Below, piece after piece: positions 29,441 through 37,788 of a stretch of 64,000 bases of DNA (position 1 is its first letter; each line of letters opens with the position of its first letter). The DNA comes from Candidatus Woesebacteria bacterium GW2011_GWB1_33_22 (GTDB lineage Bacteria; Patescibacteriota; Microgenomatia; UBA8517), in the NCBI GenBank assembly GCA_000989765.1, contig LBOW01000001.1, positions 47,660 through 111,659 of the forward strand, in the 5' to 3' direction. Position numbers and translations under genes: made by a program. The notes below the pieces were generated by a model. It was not told the origin of the DNA. It ran no database searches and saw nothing but the letters and a program-made list of their open reading frames with translations.

Positions 29441-31521
29441 TACCCTTTTTAGATTTAAAAAAGCAACACAACAGCATCAAAAAAGATATTGATCTTGCAG
29501 TTGGTAAAGTTCTAGAAGATTCAAATTTTATTCTTGGTTATGAAGTTGATGAATTTGAAAAAAATTTTGCTAATTATATAGGCGTTAAAAGATGTATTGG
29601 TGTTTCTACAGGAGAGTCGGCAATTTTATTGATATTAAAAGCTTTGGAAGTAGGACCTGGAGACGAAGTTATTACTGTTGCAAATACTTTTATTGCTACG
29701 GTTTTTCCAATAATTACACTTGGAGCAAAACCCGTTCTGATTGATATTGATCCTAAGACCTATCAGATGGATTTAAATATGTTGCAAAAATCAATAACAC
29801 CCAAAACTAAGGTTATACTTCCTGTACATCTGTTTGGTATACCTGCGCCGATAGCGGAAATCTTAAAAATTGCTAAGGAAAAAAATATATTTGTTGTTGA
29901 AGATGCATGTCAGGCTCATGGATCATCAATTGCTGGTAAGATGTGTGGATCTTTTGGCATAGCCTCGGCCTTCTCGTTTTATCCAGGAAAGAATCTTGGA
30001 GCTGCAGGAGATGCTGGCGCAATAACTACAAACGATGAAGATTTAGCAAATAAACTAATTGCAATGAGAAATATAGGCCAATTTGAAAAATATAAACATG
30101 ATTTATTTGGATACAACTTTAGAATGGATACGATCCAGGCCGCTTTTTTAAGTGTAAAGTTAAAACATCTTAACTTATGGAATAAAAAGAGAAGAGAAAT
30201 TGCAAATTACTATAATAAATTATTATCTGATTTACCCGTGGTTTTACCGCCAAAATTAAAAAATGGGTTGGTAGAAAATTATCATCTTTATGTAATAAAA
30301 AGCCAAAAAAGAAATGAGTTGTTGGAATTTCTGAAACAAAATGAAATTTCAACAGGTATTCATTATCCAATACCTCTTCATATGCAAAAATCACTTTCCT
30401 TTTTGTGTTATAATGAAGAAAGTTTTCCTGTAACTAAAAAATATGCAACAGAAATTTTATCACTTCCAATGTTTCCTGATATGACGAAAAACCAAGTGAA
30501 AGAAGTATCTGACAAAATTCATGAATTTTATCGAAACCTTGATAGATTGGGAAAAATTGTAATTACGGGTGGTGCTGGATTTATAGGTTCTTCAGTTGCT
30601 GATTATTTATTAGAACATTTTGCTGAAAAAATAGACAAAATTGTAGTTTTAGATAATTTTGTCAGAGGTAAAAAGGAAAATTTAATTAAGGCTCTAAAAA
30701 ATAAGAAAGTGGAACTAATTGAGGGTGATATTCGAGATAAAGAGTTGGTTGATAAGTTGATTAAAGGTGCAAATTATGTAATTCATGAGGCAGCTATCAA
30801 AAATATTTTATGCGATGAAGATCCACGGCTTTCCTTAGAAGTATTAGTTAATGGAACATTTAATGTTATGGAAGCCTGTGTTAAGCATAAAGTCAGAAAA
30901 TTGGTATTTAATTCATCAGCTTCAGTTTATGGACAACCTTTAAAAATACCAATGCAGGAAACAGATAATTATAATAATGAAGCATTTTATGGTGCAGGAA
31001 AAATTGCCAACGAACAAATGGCAAAAGCTTTTAATAAAATGTACGGCCTAAATTATGTTTGCCTACGACCTTTCAATATCTATGGACCCAGAATGGATAT
31101 ATCAGGCATATATACTGAAGTTTTTATTAGATGGTTGGACTCAATAGATAATGGAAAGGCGCCTGTTATCTTTGGAGATGGCACAAACACCTTAGACTTT
31201 GTTTACATCGAAGATGTAGTTAGGGCAACTATCACGGCATTATTAAGTGATATAAAACAAGGTTTTTATAATGTCGGATCTGGGGATGAAGTTAGCTTAA
31301 ACAAACTAGTAGAAGTACTTCTTAAATGTAATAAATCTGATCTTAAAGTAGAACACATTCAACAGATTAGAAAATCTAACTATGTAACTAGAAGAAAAGC
31401 TGATATAGTAAATGCAAAGAAAGATTTAGGGTTTATTGCCACCACCTCATTAGAAACTGGTGTTAAAAAACTTATTGAATGGAGGAAGAAAACAAAGAAA
31501 AATGAAAATACCGTTAATTAA
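29437..31521 (+). CDS. Fusion: DegT aminotransferase + NAD-dependent epimerase/dehydratase
   Basis: EDACQAHG, SFYPGKNLGA in N-terminal half; ITGGAGFIG, YGAGK, RPFNIYGP in C-terminal half; single frame. Confidence 0.85.
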   Translation: MIPFLDLKKQHNSIKKDIDLAVGKVLEDSNFILGYEVDEFEKNFANYIGVKRCIGVSTGESAILLILKALEVGPGDEVITVANTFIATVFPIITLGAKPVLIDIDPKTYQMDLNMLQKSITPKTKVILPVHLFGIPAPIAEILKIAKEKNIFVVEDACQAHGSSIAGKMCGSFGIASAFSFYPGKNLGAAGDAGAITTNDEDLANKLIAMRNIGQFEKYKHDLFGYNFRMDTIQAAFLSVKLKHLNLWNKKRREIANYYNKLLSDLPVVLPPKLKNGLVENYHLYVIKSQKRNELLEFLKQNEISTGIHYPIPLHMQKSLSFLCYNEESFPVTKKYATEILSLPMFPDMTKNQVKEVSDKIHEFYRNLDRLGKIVITGGAGFIGSSVADYLLEHFAEKIDKIVVLDNFVRGKKENLIKALKNKKVELIEGDIRDKELVDKLIKGANYVIHEAAIKNILCDEDPRLSLEVLVNGTFNVMEACVKHKVRKLVFNSSASVYGQPLKIPMQETDNYNNEAFYGAGKIANEQMAKAFNKMYGLNYVCLRPFNIYGPRMDISGIYTEVFIRWLDSIDNGKAPVIFGDGTNTLDFVYIEDVVRATITALLSDIKQGFYNVGSGDEVSLNKLVEVLLKCNKSDLKVEHIQQIRKSNYVTRRKADIVNAKKDLGFIATTSLETGVKKLIEWRKKTKKNENTVN

Positions 31522-32632
31522 ACCTAACTTTGACAAAAAGGAAGAAAAAGCCGTTATAGATGTATTAAGATCTGGTTGGGTCACTCAAGGACCTAAAGTT
31601 GAAGAATTTGAAAGAATGGTGGCTTCTTATGTTGGAGCAAGATATGCAGTAGCAGTTACTTCTGCAACAACAGGTTTGTTCTTAGCCCTTCATGTAAAGG
31701 GAATTGGTGCTGGAGATGAAGTTATAGTTCCGTCATTTTCCTTTATAGCAACAGCTAATGTAGTAGTTCACTCTCAAGCTAAACCCATTTTTGTTGATAT
31801 TGATCCAAATACTTTTAATATTGACCCGGAAAAAATTGAAAAGGCTATCTCTAGTAGAACAAAAGCAATTATTCCTGTAGATCAAGTTGGTTTACCATCT
31901 GATTTAGATAAGATTCATAAAATAGCCAAAGCTCATAATTTGATAGTTATTGAAGATGCGGCCTGTGCGATAGGAACTAAGTATAAAGGTAGAAAAATAG
32001 GGTCAATTAGTGAAATGACAGTTTTTTCGTTTCATCCGAGAAAGACTATAACCACGGGAGATGGAGGAATGATTACAACAAATGATAAAAAATTGGCTGA
32101 TCGATTAAAGCTTTTAAGAAACCAAGGTATGGGGGTATCCGATGTTAAAAGACATTCTTCTAAAAAAGTTGTTCAGGAGCAATATCCTGAAATAGGCTTT
32201 AATTTTAGAATGACAGATATTCAGGCTGCAATAGGAATAGAGCAAATGAAAAAGATAGATAGGATTTTGACAAAAAGAGAAAAATTAGCTAAAAGATATG
32301 ATAAGGCATTTTTGTCTTCGAAAAATATTATTCCTCCATATATTCCAAAAGGTTATGAGCACAATAGACAAAGTTATGTAGTTAGGGTAAAAAAGGAATC
32401 TAAAATTAGTAGAGATAATTTAATGCAAAAACTACTTGATTTGGGTATTGCCACAAGACGGGGTGTAATGGCATCTCATTTAGAAAAACCATATGTAAAA
32501 ATGCTTGGGAAAATTAAACTTCCCATTACGGAAGAGGCAACGGCAAATACTATGGTATTGCCACTTTTCCCCAAAATGACGATTTCTGAACAAGATTTTG
32601 TAATTAAAAACATATTGAATTTAACCCAATAG
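31502..32632 (+). CDS. DegT/DnrJ/EryC1/StrS aminotransferase
   Basis: SGWVTQGP, EDAACA, SFHPRKTITTGDGG; start taken at MKIP (31502). Confidence 0.9.
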   Translation: MKIPLIKPNFDKKEEKAVIDVLRSGWVTQGPKVEEFERMVASYVGARYAVAVTSATTGLFLALHVKGIGAGDEVIVPSFSFIATANVVVHSQAKPIFVDIDPNTFNIDPEKIEKAISSRTKAIIPVDQVGLPSDLDKIHKIAKAHNLIVIEDAACAIGTKYKGRKIGSISEMTVFSFHPRKTITTGDGGMITTNDKKLADRLKLLRNQGMGVSDVKRHSSKKVVQEQYPEIGFNFRMTDIQAAIGIEQMKKIDRILTKREKLAKRYDKAFLSSKNIIPPYIPKGYEHNRQSYVVRVKKESKISRDNLMQKLLDLGIATRRGVMASHLEKPYVKMLGKIKLPITEEATANTMVLPLFPKMTISEQDFVIKNILNLTQ

Positions 32633-32635
32633 TAA

Positions 32636-33760
32636 ATGCAAGATAGTGAATTTAATCATGGAATTGGAGATAACCCATATAATAAACACTCTTGGATTTT
32701 GGGAAATCCTAAAATTGCTAAAAATGTATGGATTGGAGCTTTTACTTTAATTGATGCTTTACACAACGAATTAGAAATTGGTGAAGGAACTGATGTTTCT
32801 TCTGGTGTACAGATATTAACTCACTCAACAGTAAAAAGAGCGATTTCTGAAAGAAGATTCATAGGCATTGAAAGTGCTCCAAGCAAAATAGGTAATTTTT
32901 GCTTTTTGGGAACTCACGCTACTATTTTAATGGGGGTAGAAATTGGTGATCATAGTGTAATCGCTGCTGGATCAGTTGTACCTCAATTTATGAAAATTCC
33001 TGCTTATTCAATGGTTGCAGGAGTCCCTGCAAAAATTATTGGTTCGAGTAAAAAACTCTTAAAAGATGTACCAGATGATTCACTTTCGATTACTATTCCT
33101 GCTTTTAATGAAGAAAAAACAATTGAAAAGGTTGTTAAAGAAGTGGTTCAAGAAGTTTCTAAATTATTTAAGGATTATGAAATACTATTAGTTAACGATG
33201 GGTCAAAAGATAAAACTGGTAAAATTATTGATTTTCTTGCTAAAAAGAATAAACATATTAAAGTTATCCATCATAAAATGAATAAAGGTTTTACTGGAGC
33301 AATGAAATCTTGCTTGTTTAACGCTCAGAAAAACTTAGTATTTTTAGCCCCCGCTGATGGACAATTTAATTTTAAGGAGCTTCATAAATTTATTGAAGCC
33401 ATAAAGGGCTATGATATGGTTATTGGGTATAAGAAAGAATCTAGTGAAGGCTTTTATAGAAAATTTAGCTCTAAATTAATTTATACTTTGTATCAAAAAC
33501 TATTTAATGTTCCTATCAGAGAAATTTCAACGGTATTTATGTGGAGAAAAAATGTAATAGATTCAATTAAGATTGAATCAGCTGATAGGGGATCAATGTT
33601 TTTATATGAATTTTTCTATAAAGCAATAAAAAATAAATTTAAATATGTTGAAATTCCAATTTCTTGGCATAAACGCCGTGGTGGTTTGGCAAAAGGAAGA
33701 AATTTAAAAAATATAATTAAAACCTTGGAGGGGATGATTAAACTAAGGTTGCAAAGTTAA
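32636..33760 (+). CDS. Fusion: LbH acyltransferase + GT2 (DPM-synthase-like)
   Basis: N-terminal hexapeptide repeats ending AGVPAKI; C-terminal IPAFNEE, NDGSKD, APADGQF. Confidence 0.82.
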   Translation: MQDSEFNHGIGDNPYNKHSWILGNPKIAKNVWIGAFTLIDALHNELEIGEGTDVSSGVQILTHSTVKRAISERRFIGIESAPSKIGNFCFLGTHATILMGVEIGDHSVIAAGSVVPQFMKIPAYSMVAGVPAKIIGSSKKLLKDVPDDSLSITIPAFNEEKTIEKVVKEVVQEVSKLFKDYEILLVNDGSKDKTGKIIDFLAKKNKHIKVIHHKMNKGFTGAMKSCLFNAQKNLVFLAPADGQFNFKELHKFIEAIKGYDMVIGYKKESSEGFYRKFSSKLIYTLYQKLFNVPIREISTVFMWRKNVIDSIKIESADRGSMFLYEFFYKAIKNKFKYVEIPISWHKRRGGLAKGRNLKNIIKTLEGMIKLRLQS

Positions 33761-34662
33761 TTTGAATTTGTTAATTTTTGTAATTCATTAACGATATTTT
33801 TATTTTTAGGTTTTCTAAATTTTTCTAGTGTTTTTATTTGTGTACGTCTAAAGTCGACTTTATATTCTTTATATAAAAAAGCCATTTCTTTCCTTAATAA
33901 TTCTATAGTCATATATTGGCCGTTTCTTTCTGAAAGTGCTCTTTTTGCAAGATCTTCATTTATCCAAACCCCACCAGTGTATCTTTGAGGTTGAGTTTTT
34001 GCAAATCCTATTATTTCATTTGTATCTTTTATTGTGATTTCACCGGAAAGATTCAATTTTGGCTGACCTAAATTATTTGCTACATCGGCAATAATTTGTT
34101 CAAGACTTAGTTTTTCTATTTCTGTAATGGTTTTTTTCGATATGCCTATAATATCTTCAACTGGAGGAATAAAATCCATGGTTCTTGAATCCACTCCGCA
34201 TCTTTTCAAAAACCTAGAAGCAATTTGATTACTAAGCATATATCTAAATTTAAAAAGTTTCCCAATATCATGAATAAGAAGACGAGATTTAATTAACCAC
34301 GGATTTAAATCCGGACCACCATTTTGTTTAATAACTTCTTCAATAGTTTCAGCATATTCTGCAGACATAATTGGATGTGCCCAGAAAATTGGTGAGACTT
34401 TTGTGTCACAATCAGTGGCTAAAAGTTTTAGTAACTTGGCTCCTACTTCAAAGTCTTTTTCAGTAAATTCTTTTTTATGATCTGTAAAAGCTGACCCCTT
34501 GAGGATAACTTTGGCAGGTACAACAAATTTTGCAAATCTATCATGTACTTGGGTAGCTTCCTCTCTAAGAAGATTATCACGTAATTTTTTTTTGTCCGGA
34601 GGCAGTTTTGAGATTATTTCTCGTTCGGTCAAAAAGTATGTATCAGCTATCTCATTTTTCAT
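33757..34662 (-). CDS. Orphan HD-domain protein
   Basis: WAHP...LLIHDIGK; distal motif reads DVANN. Confidence 0.6.
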   Translation of the reverse strand: MKNEIADTYFLTEREIISKLPPDKKKLRDNLLREEATQVHDRFAKFVVPAKVILKGSAFTDHKKEFTEKDFEVGAKLLKLLATDCDTKVSPIFWAHPIMSAEYAETIEEVIKQNGGPDLNPWLIKSRLLIHDIGKLFKFRYMLSNQIASRFLKRCGVDSRTMDFIPPVEDIIGISKKTITEIEKLSLEQIIADVANNLGQPKLNLSGEITIKDTNEIIGFAKTQPQRYTGGVWINEDLAKRALSERNGQYMTIELLRKEMAFLYKEYKVDFRRTQIKTLEKFRKPKNKNIVNELQKLTNSN

Positions 34663-34671
34663 TTGAGGAGA

Positions 34672-34700
34672 ATTATAGGATATTAAAGTAAATATGGCAA
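34672..34700 (-). promoter_or_regulatory. Near-consensus sigma70 promoter for HD gene
   Basis: TTGCCA-N17-TATAAT, 9 nt before ATG 34662. Confidence 0.7.
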
Positions 34701-34736
34701 TAATTGAGTTAATTTTATAGTAATATTAATAAACGG

Positions 34737-35093
34737 ATGAATATCTATACAATTGGGATTGTCTTAGTTGGAATGATTATCCTTCTTATTACTGCTGAGG
34801 TAATGAGTCATTATTTTAAAATTCACTCAGATAAATTTTACGTTATTTTTCATTTTGCAGGTGGTGCATTATCTTTCCTTTTATTTTTAAATTTATTTAA
34901 TAATAAACTTCTTGCTTTTTTCTTAGTTTTAGTAATTGGTATACTTTGGGAAATACATGAGTGGATATTATGGAAATTATATATTAAAACAAAATTATAT
35001 AAACCAAAGAGTAAGGATACAATTTGTGATTTGGTAATGGATATTTCCGGAGCGTTAATATTTTATGTTATTGAAATTTTACACATATTTTAA
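34737..35093 (+). CDS. Small membrane protein, VanZ/DUF2238-like
   Basis: 4 hydrophobic segments; FHFAGG, LWEIHEW, DTICDLVMD. Confidence 0.6.
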   Translation: MNIYTIGIVLVGMIILLITAEVMSHYFKIHSDKFYVIFHFAGGALSFLLFLNLFNNKLLAFFLVLVIGILWEIHEWILWKLYIKTKLYKPKSKDTICDLVMDISGALIFYVIEILHIF

Positions 35094-37788
35094 AAACCTT
35101 TTAAAAAACCATTTTTGGGTTTTGTTAATTCTTGTTGTTTTTATCTCTTATGGCCAGATGCTTTGGATGCAACCGTGGGAAGATGATAACGCCTTGTTTG
35201 TTAAACTGGCAAGCATAGAGGATAGGGTTGGCTTTTTTGGTAAAGGCCCCCTAGGAGAAGGAGTTTATAGATTTGCAGCTGTCCCGTTTATATTAATATA
35301 TAAAATTTTCGGTACGTTTATACCAGCTTACTTTGCATTGCTTTTAATTCTTTATGTTTTAGCTACCTTAACAGTGTATAAAGTACTATCTAAAATTATT
35401 GGCGAGACTGGAGGGAGAGTTGTTGGTTTTATTTATGCTTGTGGTTATATTACCTCTGACAGTTTTTGGAGAATGGCAAATAGTGCAACCACAAGCATAA
35501 GTATAATACTTATTAGTTTGTTTACATTATTTTGTTGGCAATATTATAAGCAACAAAAAATTAAGTATTATTTATTGTCACTTTTTTTCTTCCTGATAGC
35601 TACAATAATTGCTGTTTCAAGAACTCACTATCTTGTTGCTGTGGCAATAATTTTTGAATTTACCCTTTTTACCTTTAGAAATTTCCCCAAAAATGTCATA
35701 AAGTTGGTTTTACGCCTAATTCCATTTTTGTATATTTTTTACAATTTAGTTTTATCTTCCAGTGATTCAAGGACCGATGGAGTAGGAAATTATATTATTT
35801 CAATCCTAAAAGGAAAATTGTATTTGACCTATGGATTTTTTTCATCAATTTCAAATTTATTTATTCCGGATTATTTAATTAATTTTATTTTTGATATTCA
35901 AAATAAGTTGACAGTGTTTTTACAAGCCAAAATTCCTATTGCTTATTTATTATTATTTGGTGTTTTTACAATTTTAATATTGTTATCTTTTAAAGGTTTA
36001 AAAAACAAAAAGTATCTTACAATTTTATTTTATTTTATACTTTTAATATGGTTCTTTGTTTCCAAAAAAGTTTTCTTGGAATCATCCTTAGGATTAGGAG
36101 AAAAAGGTATTTTTGTTGGAATACTTGGTGGAGTTATCCTAATTTTGTTAAGTGCATTTTTTATTATTCTTCGTAAAAATAGACAGATATTTTTATTTTT
36201 TATAAGCTGGCTTGTTATTAATTTGTTGGCTTATACTTCTTACTTTCCTACGGTTACCTATGAAACAATTAACCGTTATTTAGCTCACTCCTTTTTTTCT
36301 CTAACATGCGTTTTAGGTATATTATATATTTCACTACCAGACAAAAGTAAAATAAATTTTTTGGTCAAATTAATAATAATTTTATTTGGCATTGTTAATT
36401 TAATAAACGCTGTAATTTATCAAAATAAAATTCTTTATACAAGAAGTTTTCCAGTTAAAAGTTTTTATCAACAACTGTCTATTTTGCTACCTGAAATTAA
36501 GAAAGACGATGTTTTGTATTTTGATGTTTCAAACGATTCACAACGCTTATTTCGTGATGCAATTTCAGCGGCGATGATACCAGACACTGGATCGTTTGGT
36601 TGGCGTTATCAAATATATAGATATGATTTTAGTTTAGAAACAGATTTTTCAAGTTTATATAAAAGAATAACAGAGGAAAAAGTAAAAATAGATAACATCC
36701 ATGCTTTTTGGTATTCCAAAGGTATTCTTACTGATATATCCAAAAATGTGCAAGATTATTTCTTAAATAAAAATTCATATTATTATTCTCAATATAGTTT
36801 AGAAAAAACAAGTGAAGCGATTATAAACAGAAACAAGGATAAAACATTGTGGTTTCAGCCAGAACTTATTGCCGACATCAAATCTCCAATTGAAAGTTAT
36901 GCACCCATTGAATGTGGTATCACTTTTGTGGCCAATCCACTTAAGACTAATAAATTACTTTTTCCACTATATTGGGAATTATCTAATGACAAAACAAAAA
37001 ATGTATTTAATGACCCAGTACAAAAGAAACTTGCCTTACTATATAAGAAAGATATGGATAATTTTGTTAAAAATTCCATTTTTAGTACTAGTAGCCAATG
37101 GTCTGATCGAGTAACTGAAAATTTATATGACAATGATATTGGTACTGTATGGCAATCTGATAGAGTACTCTGGCAAGATAAAAGAGAATATCTAGAAGTT
37201 TTGTTACCTACTGTTCAAAACATAAATAGAATAGTTTGGACACCACCTTCATATCAAGCTAGCGTACCTACAAATTATGAAATTGAAATATCACTTGATG
37301 GAAAGAGTTGGAGAAAAATTAAAACAATAACTAATAAAGAAATAACCAGTCAGATTCAACAAGAGGTAAAATTTGAACCAATAACAGCAAAATACGTAAA
37401 GATGATAATAACTGAAACCCTAGGAGGCGATTCCCCGATGATATCCGAGTTTCGTGTAATACCTAGTAGCTTATCAACGCTTGATTTAAAAAGTGTAGAC
37501 ACATATCTTGAAAGGCCATTTATATTTATTGAAAATGAACAAATTTTTAATAACACGTTAACAAGTTTTGGACAAACAGGCGTTGCTCAATTGTATTACT
37601 TAGCAAATAAAGATAATGTTTGGATTAATACAAGTAAATTAAATATTGGAATTATTTATGATGGAAAAGCTCATTACTATAAAGTTAATTTTCCTGCAGG
37701 TGGGACTAGAATTGAAAATATCAAAGTTTCAAACTTTGCAGTTCCTGGTACAATAACTTTATATAACATCGAATGCAAAACAAACTGA
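35065..37788 (+). CDS. GT-C-like membrane glycosyltransferase with F5/8 type C (discoidin) domain
   Basis: WEDDNA after TM1, INRY; LYDNDIGTVWQS...ISLDGKSW...AKYVKM. Confidence 0.72.
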   Translation: MLLKFYTYFKNLLKNHFWVLLILVVFISYGQMLWMQPWEDDNALFVKLASIEDRVGFFGKGPLGEGVYRFAAVPFILIYKIFGTFIPAYFALLLILYVLATLTVYKVLSKIIGETGGRVVGFIYACGYITSDSFWRMANSATTSISIILISLFTLFCWQYYKQQKIKYYLLSLFFFLIATIIAVSRTHYLVAVAIIFEFTLFTFRNFPKNVIKLVLRLIPFLYIFYNLVLSSSDSRTDGVGNYIISILKGKLYLTYGFFSSISNLFIPDYLINFIFDIQNKLTVFLQAKIPIAYLLLFGVFTILILLSFKGLKNKKYLTILFYFILLIWFFVSKKVFLESSLGLGEKGIFVGILGGVILILLSAFFIILRKNRQIFLFFISWLVINLLAYTSYFPTVTYETINRYLAHSFFSLTCVLGILYISLPDKSKINFLVKLIIILFGIVNLINAVIYQNKILYTRSFPVKSFYQQLSILLPEIKKDDVLYFDVSNDSQRLFRDAISAAMIPDTGSFGWRYQIYRYDFSLETDFSSLYKRITEEKVKIDNIHAFWYSKGILTDISKNVQDYFLNKNSYYYSQYSLEKTSEAIINRNKDKTLWFQPELIADIKSPIESYAPIECGITFVANPLKTNKLLFPLYWELSNDKTKNVFNDPVQKKLALLYKKDMDNFVKNSIFSTSSQWSDRVTENLYDNDIGTVWQSDRVLWQDKREYLEVLLPTVQNINRIVWTPPSYQASVPTNYEIEISLDGKSWRKIKTITNKEITSQIQQEVKFEPITAKYVKMIITETLGGDSPMISEFRVIPSSLSTLDLKSVDTYLERPFIFIENEQIFNNTLTSFGQTGVAQLYYLANKDNVWINTSKLNIGIIYDGKAHYYKVNFPAGGTRIENIKVSNFAVPGTITLYNIECKTN

